Positions 1 through 9,287 of a DNA stretch of 64,000 nucleotides are shown piece after piece. The DNA lies in IMG/VR virus record IMGVR_UViG_3300020474_000005, positions 1-64,000 of that record. One strand, 5' to 3'. This DNA comes from a virus. Position 1 is the first letter of the stretch; the number at the start of each line of letters is the position of its first letter. The notes under the pieces are model-generated. The model was given only the letters and a program-made list of their open reading frames with translations, was not told the DNA's origin and searched no databases. The translations under genes were made by a program, and so were the position numbers.

Positions 1-337
1 TGCCGAAATCTCTGGCGTACTTGTCTCCGTGGAGCCAAGTCAGTGTGCCAAGGTCCCTTCCCATGATACGCAGTTCTTCTGCCTTGTGTCTCCATTCGAT
101 GTTCTTGAATCCCAACTCCGCCAACCTATCGTAGGTCTTGGCGCCTACGGCGAGGACCTTTTGGTCCAGCAGTGGTTCCAGTTCGTGTTGGTAATGTTTG
201 ATTGATTCTATGTGAGTGATGATTAAGCCTTGCGGCGTGGCGGGATCGTGATCCACTGTATAAGTCTTCATACAGGGGAGCCACACGTCATCCTCATTCA
301 ACTCATTGGGGCGAGTTATTTGTGTGTATACTATCAT
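1..337 (-). CDS. hemD: Uroporphyrinogen-III synthase-like protein (HemD), runs off the left edge; not in the ORF track
   Basis: Manual translation from ATG at 337: MIVYTQITRPNELNEDDVWLPCMKTY...GLIITHIESIKHY...KVLAVGAKTYDRLAELGFKNIEW...LTWLHGDKYARDFG. It has the HemD-like N-terminal TRP, LP, and the AVGxxTxxxLxxxGF motif. TAAATA lies 7 nt upstream of the ATG. Confidence 0.7.
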   Translation of the reverse strand, partial: MIVYTQITRPNELNEDDVWLPCMKTYTVDHDPATPQGLIITHIESIKHYQHELEPLLDQKVLAVGAKTYDRLAELGFKNIEWRHKAEELRIMGRDLGTLTWLHGDKYARDFG

Positions 338-442
338 ACAGGATTATTTAGAACAGTTGGTTGTGTCATTAAAACAGCATATTTGCTTTTTGATGTCGGT
401 ATGGTATGATATTTCTACACTTTATATTATGTGCAATATACG

Positions 443-631
443 TTAAAAGAACGGTTGTCCTGTTTTTTTGGCTGTGTCCAAGTTTTCTTTTATCACTTTC
501 GCCATCACTTGTCTGTCTTCGTGTGATGTGCCGAACAGTTCGTCCAGTGTGACGCCGCCACGCATGAACCATGCTATCTTGTACAGTTCTGCTTTGAAGT
601 TTTTGATTTCGTTGTCCATTTCTTTGGACAT
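443..631 (-). CDS. gp51-like baseplate/tail assembly chaperone C-terminal ORF, probably expressed as a -1 frameshift extension of 667..1533
   Basis: Small helical ORF directly after the gp26-like gene. Its frame stays open upstream through the slippery site at 673-682. Confidence 0.6.
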   Translation of the reverse strand: MSKEMDNEIKNFKAELYKIAWFMRGGVTLDELFGTSHEDRQVMAKVIKENLDTAKKTGQPFF

Positions 632-666
632 CTTTAAGATCTCAGATGTGTCGAGAGTCGCTATCT

Positions 667-1533
667 TTATCCGAAAAAATTTGCTGAGTCAAATGCAACT
701 GGAACTGTGTATTCAGCAGGTGCACCTCCCTTAACTTCCTCTTCCGTGGAAATAACTTTCTGTGGAGCAAGTTGGAATGCTTTTCTATTTTCTTCTAGAT
801 GGTCCATTATTGCTTTGAAAAATGCTTTACTTGTATTGTCTATGAAATCTTTTATCATGCCTTTGTCTGTAACAGTTTCGCCATCTACTCTGATTGATCT
901 AATAGTCTGTGAAACCATGCCAACATTTAGTTCAGTAAGTTTTGTGAAACTTTTTTGGAACTCTCTGATCTTTTCTTCGTCTGTTAATTCTGTATCATTT
1001 ATGACACTTTGCAATCTTGCTTGTTCAAACTGTTTAAGAGCACTTGCAGTGAACTCTGCATAACTCAAAGGTCTTGTTTTAATTTCCATATTTTCATATA
1101 GGAAAGTGTCTTTGTAAGTTGCTCCAAGTATTGTTGTTAAAGTTTCTTGTAAATTTAATTCTAAATCTTTTTCAATTTTTGTGCCGGGCACTGTGACTGG
1201 CAAAGTCATGCTTTCACCATATGTAGCCATTCTGATTGCAATCAGAGCCGCATCACAATCTATGGAAGGCATTGCCCAAGCATTTTTAATTTGTGGTATA
1301 CAACTTTGTATTACCTGCACAGTTGCTTCGCCGTTTAATAATGCATCTGGAGTTTTGAACAGCATTTCGTCTTTAGCAGTCATAGGATACACAGCAATCT
1401 CTTTGGATTCTGGTACTTCTATTGTGCCTTCAGGATAAAATTCATATTTGCTAGGCAGTGTCACAAACTGTTTAGGTTGTCTGTAATACTTCTTAAGCGG
1501 GTTACTAGGTGTCTTTATTTGTTCGTTTGACAT
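667..1533 (-). CDS. T4 gp26-like baseplate hub / tail assembly chaperone
   Basis: NPLKKYYRQPK...LPS...YP...MTAKDE...TPDALLNG...D.DA.LIAIR.ATYGE motifs typical of this family; next to the tape-measure-like gene. Confidence 0.75.
   Translation of the reverse strand: MSNEQIKTPSNPLKKYYRQPKQFVTLPSKYEFYPEGTIEVPESKEIAVYPMTAKDEMLFKTPDALLNGEATVQVIQSCIPQIKNAWAMPSIDCDAALIAIRMATYGESMTLPVTVPGTKIEKDLELNLQETLTTILGATYKDTFLYENMEIKTRPLSYAEFTASALKQFEQARLQSVINDTELTDEEKIREFQKSFTKLTELNVGMVSQTIRSIRVDGETVTDKGMIKDFIDNTSKAFFKAIMDHLEENRKAFQLAPQKVISTEEEVKGGAPAEYTVPVAFDSANFFG
673..682 (-). promoter_or_regulatory. Candidate -1 programmed ribosomal frameshift slippery site (A AAU UUU UUC)
   Basis: Minus strand reads GCA AAT TTT TTC GGA TAA, giving two overlapping X XXY YYZ heptamers. 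The -1 frame (AAA TTT TTT CGG ATA AAG...) is open into ORF 443..631. Confidence 0.65.
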
Positions 1534-1639
1534 TTTTACTCCAATAAATACATATAAAGTTAATTGTTATATGCGTATATTTAGTGGAGTGAATAAACTG
1601 CGTACTTAATGATTGGCATTAAATACATTTTGGTACCAC

Positions 1640-3796
1640 ATGGCAATAGACGAAAGATTACTTGAAAAACTTATGGACGGCGTCGACGCGAAGGGCGGGA
1701 TAGCCTCCGAACAGACTTTACAAGAGTTAAAAGACGTATTGTCCGGTAGAACGAGTACCGGATTCGGAAAAGTCATTAAAGATGTTGCTAAAGGGGGAGG
1801 CGGCATGGGCGGAATGTTTAAACGTCTAGCCGTTGCAATTACCGATGTCCAAGATGAGGGCGAATTTTTAAAGGACAGTTTCGAAGCAATTAAAATATCC
1901 ACAAGAGCCGCGGCAGGCGGAATGGAAGGCATGACTGCCGGACTTTATGAACTGGGTGATTTGGCTGGAGGCATAACAGGTAAATTAATAACTGGATTAG
2001 CAATGGCTTCGGAAGTTATTGGTGCTAACGTAACAGCATTTAGAAATTTGTCAAACGTTGGAGCCAATGCAACACTTGATTTGGAAAGATTAAGAGAAGC
2101 ATCAGGAAGAACAGGAATAGACTTAGACACACTAGTTGGCGAAACTGTAAGACTATCTAAAGAGTTTGCACAATTAACTGGATCACCTGCAACCGGTGTT
2201 AATAGATTTTTCAACATTCTCGAATCCTTCAACCAAGGTGACTTTAGAAGAGATTTCCAAGCACTAGGTTTAACAACAGCGGATCTTGCCGAGCAGACTG
2301 GAACCTATCTAGAAATACAAACTAGATTAGGAAGAGCACAAAGCATGACACAAGGACAGTTGAATACTGGAGCAAGTAATTTTATCCTGCAATTAGATGA
2401 ACTTGCAAGATTGACCGGACAACAGAAAAGTGAATTACAGGCAGAATTGAGAACGCAGGCATTGGATAGAAGAATTCGATTGACTGGTAACCAAGAAATG
2501 CAATCAAGTATTGCCAGGGTAGCCGCGTTTGCACCGGAACTGCGTGACAGTTTTGTAAACATAATTGGTACAGGGTTTCCAAGAACAATGGAAGAGATAG
2601 GTATCTTCAGTAAGGCTGGAGTTGGAGAAGCCGTTCAAGCAATCAGAGACGGAGTACCTGGAGCATCGGATCAATTAGTGGCGGCACTACAAAGAGCGTC
2701 TATGGAAACTGCCAACATGAGTGCAGAGGAAAGAAAAAGATTACAAACACTAGTAAACACAACTGATGGATTCTTTAATGCCGACGTTGCTTTAATTGGA
2801 TTCCAAAAAGCGACACAAGAGCAAACAGAAACAATTAGGAAACAACAAGAGTTTCAGAAGTCACAAGAAAGTAATTTAATAAATTTAGACAGAGCGTCTG
2901 AAAGACTACGTACAGCATTCTTATCGTTAGTATCACAATTCACTCCAGTGTTTGATGTTATTGCGGCAGGCTTAGAAAAATTTGCTACTATATTAACAAA
3001 TATTTCTGTAGGTTTGCAAAATAAATTTGAAGGACTAGGAGACAGCACAGCAAAACTTATTGCCGCTTTCGCAGTTTTAACAACAGGAGTTCTTGCAGTC
3101 AAAGGTGGAAAAGCATTAATAGGTGCAGGTAAAAGTTTATTTGGTGGAGGCGCACAAACAAATCCATTACAGAACGTTGCACCAGGAACAGGTGGAATGT
3201 TAGGTGGACTAGGTATGGGACTGAAAGGTTTCGCTGGTGGTTTGAGAGCATTCGCTAATCCGATGGTAGTGTTAGGTGCAGGTGCATTAGGTGCCTCGAT
3301 AACATTAGTTGGAGCAGGTATCGCCGGTGCAACATACTTGATGGGCGGTGCATTAGAAAAATTTGGAGAAGGTCTAAAGAGCATAGGTGAAGTTGATGGC
3401 AAGAACTTAATGGAAGTTGCCAAAGGTTCAACAGCACTTGCAGGAGCAATGGTGGCTTTGGCAGGCGGAGGTACCGTTTCAGCAGTAACAGGCTTCTTTG
3501 GTAAACTTTTAGGTGGCGGAACAGATAATTTTGCCAAAAACATCAATAATATGCTAGATAATCTTGACAAAAACAAAATAGATATGTATGCTACAAGTAT
3601 TAACAATCTTGGAGAATCTATGCAATCACTTTCTTCTGGAATGCAAACGGTGACAACTGGAGCCGCAAAGGGAACAGGAGATAAATTGGATCAGTTAAAT
3701 AGTACAATGGAGCAGATTTTAATGGTGATGAGTGAAAATACTAGATATGCTCTTAAAACATCACGGTCATCTACAGAGGTAGCAGAAGCAGTATAA
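1640..3796 (+). CDS. Tape-measure-like / long helical tail protein
   Basis: Long Ala/Gly/Leu-rich helical protein with hydrophobic Gly-rich C-terminal segments, divergent from the chaperone genes. ATG 1640 chosen because it follows TAAATA at 1620-1625. Confidence 0.55.
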   Translation: MAIDERLLEKLMDGVDAKGGIASEQTLQELKDVLSGRTSTGFGKVIKDVAKGGGGMGGMFKRLAVAITDVQDEGEFLKDSFEAIKISTRAAAGGMEGMTAGLYELGDLAGGITGKLITGLAMASEVIGANVTAFRNLSNVGANATLDLERLREASGRTGIDLDTLVGETVRLSKEFAQLTGSPATGVNRFFNILESFNQGDFRRDFQALGLTTADLAEQTGTYLEIQTRLGRAQSMTQGQLNTGASNFILQLDELARLTGQQKSELQAELRTQALDRRIRLTGNQEMQSSIARVAAFAPELRDSFVNIIGTGFPRTMEEIGIFSKAGVGEAVQAIRDGVPGASDQLVAALQRASMETANMSAEERKRLQTLVNTTDGFFNADVALIGFQKATQEQTETIRKQQEFQKSQESNLINLDRASERLRTAFLSLVSQFTPVFDVIAAGLEKFATILTNISVGLQNKFEGLGDSTAKLIAAFAVLTTGVLAVKGGKALIGAGKSLFGGGAQTNPLQNVAPGTGGMLGGLGMGLKGFAGGLRAFANPMVVLGAGALGASITLVGAGIAGATYLMGGALEKFGEGLKSIGEVDGKNLMEVAKGSTALAGAMVALAGGGTVSAVTGFFGKLLGGGTDNFAKNINNMLDNLDKNKIDMYATSINNLGESMQSLSSGMQTVTTGAAKGTGDKLDQLNSTMEQILMVMSENTRYALKTSRSSTEVAEAV

Positions 3797-5523
3797 TGAG
3801 TTGGAAAAAATTTTTTAGTGAAGTGCCGGTACAAGGCGCAACAGACGGAACATATTCAGCAATGGGCGGAGCCGCTACAGGCAAACCAGGTCCAGCAAAA
3901 ACAAACTATTCATCATATCTTCCAGATGTGTACAGCGGTGCACCAAACAGGATAGAAAGATATGGACAATACAATGTGATGGACATGGACAGTGAGGTGA
4001 ATGCCGCACTAGACATACTTGCAGAATTTTGCACACAGAACAATTCACAGAACGACACTCCATTCAAGTTCGGATACAAACAAAAAGCAACAAACACTGA
4101 AGTACAGATACTAGAACAGTATCTTCACCAATGGTGCAAGTTGAATGATTTCAACAAACGTATCTTTAAGGTTATGCGTAACGTATTCAAGTTTGGTGAT
4201 GCTTTCTTTATTAGAGATCCTGAAACTAAAAAATTGTTTCATGTTGATCCAGCAAAAGTTTCTAAAATTATAGTTAATGAAAGCACAGGAAAGACTCCTG
4301 AGCAATATGTTATTAGAGACATCAACTTTAATTTTAGAAGTTTAGTAGCAACAACTCCTTTTCAAACAACAGGTAACGTGACTGGCGGCGGTTCAGGATA
4401 CTTAACTGGTGGGGTAAGAGGCATGGTTGGTGCAAACTACAATGATTCACCTGGCACAAGATTTGCAACAGGACAAAGAGAGATAGCGGTAAACGCCGAG
4501 CACGTGTTCCATTTAAGTTTAAGTGAAGGTCTTGACATGAACTTTCCTTTCGGAAACAGTTTATTAGAGAGTGTGTTTAAGGTTTACAAACAAAAAGAAC
4601 TATTAGAAGATGCAATTATAATTTATAGAGTACAAAGAGCACCTGAAAGACGTGTGTTTTACATAGACGTAGGTAATATGCCATCGCACTTGGCAATGCA
4701 ATTTGTAGAAAGAGTTAAAACTGAGATCCACCAAAGACGTATTCCGTCAAGCACAGGTGGAGGAACAAACGTAATTGATTCAAGTTACAATCCTTTATCA
4801 ATTAATGAGGACTACTTCTTCCCACAAACAGCAGAAGGAAGAGGTTCTAAAGTAGAAACACTACCAGGTGGTACTAACTTAGGTGAAATAGATGACCTTA
4901 AGTACTTTACAAACAAACTATTAAGAGGTTTACGTATACCTAGTTCATACTTGCCAACAGGAGCAGACGATGGACAAAGCCAATACAACGATGGTAGAGT
5001 AGGAACTGCCTACATACAGGAATTAAGATTTAACAAATACTGCGAAAGATTACAAAATTTAGTGTCTAATGAATTCAATCAAGAGTTTAAACAGTATTTG
5101 ATAGAAAAAGGTGTGAACATTGATGTTGCGATGTTCGATATCAAGTTCCAACCACCAATGAACTTTGCATCTTACAGACAAGCAGAAGTAGACAACAACA
5201 GAATTAGTACATACACACAGATTGCAACTGTTCCTTATGTTAGCAAACGTTATGCACTACAAAGATTCTTAGGACTTACTCCAGAAGAGATGGCTGAAAA
5301 TGAAAAACTATGGAGAGAAGAGAACGACGAGAACATTAAAGCGAAGCCTACAACATCAGCAACTGAATTAAGAAGTGCTGGAATCAGCACAGCAGGTATA
5401 GATGCTGACTTAGATGCGGCTGAGCCAGATGCACCAGCAACAGAACCAGGAGCACCAGCAGGTGACACGCCAGCAGACGCTACTCCAGGCGGTACGACAC
5501 CAACTCCAGGTCAAGGAACATAA
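3796..5523 (+). CDS. Portal vertex protein (T4 gp20-like)
   Basis: LLEDAIIIYRVQRAPERRVFYIDVGNMP, EDYFFPQTAEGRGSKVETLPGGTNLGEIDDLKYF and LRIPSS motifs. Confidence 0.95.
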   Translation: MSWKKFFSEVPVQGATDGTYSAMGGAATGKPGPAKTNYSSYLPDVYSGAPNRIERYGQYNVMDMDSEVNAALDILAEFCTQNNSQNDTPFKFGYKQKATNTEVQILEQYLHQWCKLNDFNKRIFKVMRNVFKFGDAFFIRDPETKKLFHVDPAKVSKIIVNESTGKTPEQYVIRDINFNFRSLVATTPFQTTGNVTGGGSGYLTGGVRGMVGANYNDSPGTRFATGQREIAVNAEHVFHLSLSEGLDMNFPFGNSLLESVFKVYKQKELLEDAIIIYRVQRAPERRVFYIDVGNMPSHLAMQFVERVKTEIHQRRIPSSTGGGTNVIDSSYNPLSINEDYFFPQTAEGRGSKVETLPGGTNLGEIDDLKYFTNKLLRGLRIPSSYLPTGADDGQSQYNDGRVGTAYIQELRFNKYCERLQNLVSNEFNQEFKQYLIEKGVNIDVAMFDIKFQPPMNFASYRQAEVDNNRISTYTQIATVPYVSKRYALQRFLGLTPEEMAENEKLWREENDENIKAKPTTSATELRSAGISTAGIDADLDAAEPDAPATEPGAPAGDTPADATPGGTTPTPGQGT

Positions 5524-5526
5524 ATA
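5521..5526 (+). promoter_or_regulatory. T4-type late promoter core TAAATA (one of many)
   Basis: TAAATA recurs just upstream of late genes, e.g. 1620, 5521, ~6421, 12289, ~14972, 18205, ~24560, ~29753, ~35823, 38230, ~39234, 41123, ~44930, ~60550, ~62988, and on the minus strand at 350, 1583, 60531, 62928. It resembles the T4 gp55 consensus TATAAATA. Confidence 0.75.
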
Positions 5527-5531
5527 TCAAT

Positions 5532-5771
5532 ATGATATTACGTGAATTATTCTATTTCGATCAAATTAGCACCCAACCAGGTGAGCAAAAACAGTACGAT
5601 TCTACTGAAGACCAGTCAATCATGCAGATGGATGACACACGTAAAACAAGATTAAGTCTAAAACAGATCAACAAAGCACGTAAAGCCGGTGAATTCCACA
5701 AAGATGAACAAGAGAAAGAACTTGTATTTGTGAGACAGATGTACGGCACAGCCAACCAGCCAGAGGTTTAA
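5532..5771 (+). CDS. Small head-morphogenesis protein (prohead core region)
   Basis: 79 aa directly after the portal gene; N-terminus MILRELF, internal DTRKTRLSLKQINKARK. Confidence 0.6.
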   Translation: MILRELFYFDQISTQPGEQKQYDSTEDQSIMQMDDTRKTRLSLKQINKARKAGEFHKDEQEKELVFVRQMYGTANQPEV

Positions 5772-5774
5772 TAA

Positions 5775-6362
5775 GTGTCCGTTGCTTTTGTCTTGGGCAA
5801 TGGTCTCAGTCGCAAACCGATACCTTTCGATCCACTTAAAAAGATAGGCAAAGTTTATGCCTGCAATGCCGTTTACCGATCACACACCCCAGATTACCTT
5901 GTGGCAGTTGATGCCAAGATGGTTAATGAGATATGTGATGCAGGAGCACAATTAAGAATGCCTGTTTGGACCAATCCTAATCACGCATATAAGAAATTCA
6001 AGGGATTAAACTTCTTTGAACCAAGCCTTGGTTGGTCATCTGGACCAACTGCACTATGGTTGTGTTGTTCACATAACCATCAACTGGTGTATTTGCTTGG
6101 TTTCGACTTCCTAGGCACAGATCAAGGCAAACTAAACAACATCTACGGTGACACAGACAACTACAAAAAGAATTCAGATGTTGCAACATACCATGGCAAC
6201 TGGAATAGGCAAACAGCAATCATACTACAGAAGAACGGACAGAAGAAATTTTGCAGAGTTATACCCGATGGTGGTCAGGTATTTCCAGCAGAAGACCTTA
6301 AAAAGTACACAAATTACAGCGAAATCACGGTATCTGAGTTCAAACATCAATACCACCTGTAA
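5775..6362 (+). CDS. Maf/MptE-like (sialyltransferase-fold) putative sugar transferase
   Basis: Motif series AFVLGNGLSR, VYACNAVYR, PDYLVAVD, WSSGPTAL, YLLGFDF; GTG start. Confidence 0.55.
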   Translation: MSVAFVLGNGLSRKPIPFDPLKKIGKVYACNAVYRSHTPDYLVAVDAKMVNEICDAGAQLRMPVWTNPNHAYKKFKGLNFFEPSLGWSSGPTALWLCCSHNHQLVYLLGFDFLGTDQGKLNNIYGDTDNYKKNSDVATYHGNWNRQTAIILQKNGQKKFCRVIPDGGQVFPAEDLKKYTNYSEITVSEFKHQYHL

Positions 6363-6374
6363 ATTTGAACATAA

Positions 6375-6394
6375 AAGGGGCCGATTGGCCCTTT
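6375..6394 (+). terminator. Hairpin after the 5775..6362 gene (possible terminator)
   Basis: AAGGGGCC-GATT-GGCCCTTT stem with only a short U tract. Confidence 0.4.
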
Positions 6395-6470
6395 ATCGAC
6401 CCGTTTTATTAATAAAAGTGTAAATAATAACAGACAGTCTTATCATATAAACGTTAATAGGAGAAAAACA

Positions 6471-7532
6471 ATGACAGACAAAAGTAAATTCGAGCAAATG
6501 CTTGAAAAACTAGTTGCTGACGACAAAACAGCGGCTGAAGAGATTTTCCACAATATCGTTGTTGAAAAATCGAGATCAATATATGAAGGTCTTTTAGAAG
6601 ATGATATCAAAGATATCGAAGTAGAAGAAACTTCAAAAGAAGAGTCTAAAGAAAAATCAGCAGAAACTACAGAAGCGTCTAAAGAAGACAAAAAAGAAGA
6701 CGAAAAAGTAGAAGAAAAAACTGAAGAAACTAAAGACGAAGAAACTACAGAAGCATCAAAAGACGACGCTAAAGAAGATGAAGCGGTTGAAGAAGCATCA
6801 AAAGACGAAGAAGCAAAAGAAGAAGAGTCAAAAGATGAAGACGCAACTGATGAATCATTAGCAGACGTTCAAGATTCAGAAGCACCAGCAGTAGAAACAC
6901 CAGTAGTACCAGCAGAAATGGGCGGCGACGCAACTGATGATATGATGGGTGACATCGAAGCAGACAAAGGTGAAGAAGACAAGGAAGGCGACACTGACGG
7001 AGAAGACATGGAAGACAGAGTTGTTGACTTGGAAGATGCAATTGACGACCTTAAGGCAGAATTTGAAAAAATGATGTCAGACAAAGGTGATGATGAAGAA
7101 GGCGACGACGACGCTGAAGACAAAGGCGAAGAAGAAGCAATCATCAGTCAAGACGCAGAGGGAGAAACAGAAGTTGCTCCCGAACTTGCTCCTGAAGAAG
7201 TAGCACCGGCAGTAGAATCGAAAGAATCTGCTCCAAAATCAGCAACAGAAGAAATAAGAGAGTACGTAAACAAAGTTGAAGCAAGCCATTCAGATGGTAG
7301 CGACAACACTGCGTCTCCAGTTGCTAAATCAGGCGGAACTGATGCAAAAGCAGATGCAAAAGGTTTAGTCCAAGGTGGTGAGGAAAAAGGTAGACCTGCA
7401 CCAAAGGCTAAAGAGCATGATGCTGGAAACATCAACAAACCTGGTAACAAAAGTGCGGCTCCGAAGGCGGCAAAGGCTAATACAGCAGACGGAACAGATG
7501 GTTCATCTAAGAAATCTGCAATTGGCAGTTAA
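6471..7532 (+). CDS. Highly acidic prohead core/scaffold protein
   Basis: E/D-rich with repeated (T/E)EASK(D/E) units; lies between portal and prohead protease; SD AGGAG. Confidence 0.7.
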   Translation: MTDKSKFEQMLEKLVADDKTAAEEIFHNIVVEKSRSIYEGLLEDDIKDIEVEETSKEESKEKSAETTEASKEDKKEDEKVEEKTEETKDEETTEASKDDAKEDEAVEEASKDEEAKEEESKDEDATDESLADVQDSEAPAVETPVVPAEMGGDATDDMMGDIEADKGEEDKEGDTDGEDMEDRVVDLEDAIDDLKAEFEKMMSDKGDDEEGDDDAEDKGEEEAIISQDAEGETEVAPELAPEEVAPAVESKESAPKSATEEIREYVNKVEASHSDGSDNTASPVAKSGGTDAKADAKGLVQGGEEKGRPAPKAKEHDAGNINKPGNKSAAPKAAKANTADGTDGSSKKSAIGS

Positions 7533-7553
7533 TAGTTGAGTTTAGGAAAACGG

Positions 7554-8177
7554 ATGTTACAATTACGAGAGACACTGACTTTCGACCAAGCGGGAATAGT
7601 CGTTGAGTCCAAGGATGAAAACAACGGTAAAAGCCTTTATATGAAAGGCATATGCATTCAAGGTGGCGTGAAGAACGCTAACCAGAGAGTGTACCCTGTT
7701 AACGAAATCCAAAGGGCTGTCAGTACGCTCAACGATCAAATCAAGGGCGGATATTCAGTTCTCGGAGAAATTGATCATCCAGAAGGCTTAAACATCAATT
7801 TGGATCGTGTATCACACATGGTAAATGAAATGTGGATGGACGGACCTAACGGATACGGGAAATTAAAAGTATTACCTACACCGATGGGATCTCTAATCAA
7901 AACAATGCTGGAAAGCGGAGTTAAATTAGGAGTCTCATCGCGTGGTAGTGGTAATGTATCAGAAGACGGATCCGGAAAAGTATCAGATTTTGAAATTATT
8001 ACCGTTGACATAGTTGCACAACCATCGGCGCCGGGAGCATATCCTGAGCCCATCTACGAGCACCTAATGAATACAAAAGGCGGTTATAAAGCATTTAACT
8101 CAGCAAGGGACAAACAGGCACAAGAATACTTAAAAGAAAAACTAGTAAACATAATTGGAAAACTCCAATCTAAGTAG
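7554..8177 (+). CDS. Prohead protease (T4 gp21-like)
   Basis: GICIQGGVKNANQRVYP, GEIDHP, INLDRVSH, GVSSRGSG and DIVAQPSAPGAYP motifs; ATG 7554 follows AGGA. Confidence 0.95.
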   Translation: MLQLRETLTFDQAGIVVESKDENNGKSLYMKGICIQGGVKNANQRVYPVNEIQRAVSTLNDQIKGGYSVLGEIDHPEGLNINLDRVSHMVNEMWMDGPNGYGKLKVLPTPMGSLIKTMLESGVKLGVSSRGSGNVSEDGSGKVSDFEIITVDIVAQPSAPGAYPEPIYEHLMNTKGGYKAFNSARDKQAQEYLKEKLVNIIGKLQSK

Positions 8178-8191
8178 AGGAGAAAAATAAA

Positions 8192-9274
8192 ATGTTAGAA
8201 GCACTGAAATCACTTTTTGAAACGAACGCAATTTCGGAAGAGATCAGAGCGGAAATAGAATCAGCGTGGAACAAAAAAGTTGACGAAAACAAACTTGCTG
8301 TTACTGCCGAATTGAGAGGTGAATTTGCAGAGAAGTACGAACACGACAAAGCAAATTTAACTGATGCTGTTGATAAAATGGTATCAGAGAGAATCGAAGC
8401 AGAAATGGCTGAATTCGCGGAAGACAAGAAAGCATTGGCAGAAGAAAAAGTCAAGTATGCTACTCAAATTCGTGAGCATTCAGATAAGTTAAAATCATTT
8501 GTTTTTGAACAACTTAAGAGTGAAATTGCTGAACTACACAATGACCAAAAAGTTATGGCTGAAAACTTCAGTAAACTTGAGGACTTTGTGGTTGAGGCTC
8601 TATCAAAGGAAATTAGTGAGTTCCATCAAGACAAACAAGACGTTGCCGAAACAAAGGTACGTCTAATCCGTGAAGCAAAAGCACATTTTGAAAAAGTTAG
8701 AAATAACTTCATATCAAAAGGCGCTGAAAAAGTATCAGAAATAGTAGGCAAAACTCTTAACAAAGAGATTAGTTCACTAAAAGATGATATTGATGCGGCA
8801 CGTAAGAATGACTTTGGTCGCAGAATGTTCGAAACTTACAGCACAGAATACTCAAACAGTTTTCTGAACAGTAAGAGCGAAACTTCAAAACTTCTAAAAG
8901 TTGTGGATACAGCGAAGCAACAATTAGAAACTGCGAAAGAGACTGCCAACGAGAAAGACAAGATCATCGAGTCAAAAGTTAAAGAAATAGAAGATCTTAA
9001 GAACACGGCAGAGAGAGATTCAGTTATCAATGAGTTAATTCAACCATTGAATGCTGAACAAAAAGATATAATGACAAATCTTTTGGAGAGTGTACAGACC
9101 GGACAACTTAGAAAGCAGTTCGAAAAGTATGTACCGGCTGTAATAAACGGTAGGTCTCCAGCGAAGAAACAGGCTTTAAAAGAAGGCACAGAAATAACAG
9201 GCGACAAACAAATAGTAAACGCAGGTCAATTCAACAGCAAACTTGTTGATATTAAAAGACTTGCAGGTATATAA
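8192..9274 (+). CDS. Prohead core scaffold protein (T4 gp22-like)
   Basis: Coiled-coil E/K-rich protein between gp21 and gp23. Confidence 0.85.
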   Translation: MLEALKSLFETNAISEEIRAEIESAWNKKVDENKLAVTAELRGEFAEKYEHDKANLTDAVDKMVSERIEAEMAEFAEDKKALAEEKVKYATQIREHSDKLKSFVFEQLKSEIAELHNDQKVMAENFSKLEDFVVEALSKEISEFHQDKQDVAETKVRLIREAKAHFEKVRNNFISKGAEKVSEIVGKTLNKEISSLKDDIDAARKNDFGRRMFETYSTEYSNSFLNSKSETSKLLKVVDTAKQQLETAKETANEKDKIIESKVKEIEDLKNTAERDSVINELIQPLNAEQKDIMTNLLESVQTGQLRKQFEKYVPAVINGRSPAKKQALKEGTEITGDKQIVNAGQFNSKLVDIKRLAGI

Positions 9275-9287
9275 GGAGAAACGACAA

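Noticed and set aside
9243-9287. Extended N-termini in the ORF track (1613, 7536, 9243, 18318, 60581, 62921)
   Set aside because: SD or promoter placement and family N-termini support downstream ATGs at 1640, 7554, 9288, 18339, 60518 and 62915.
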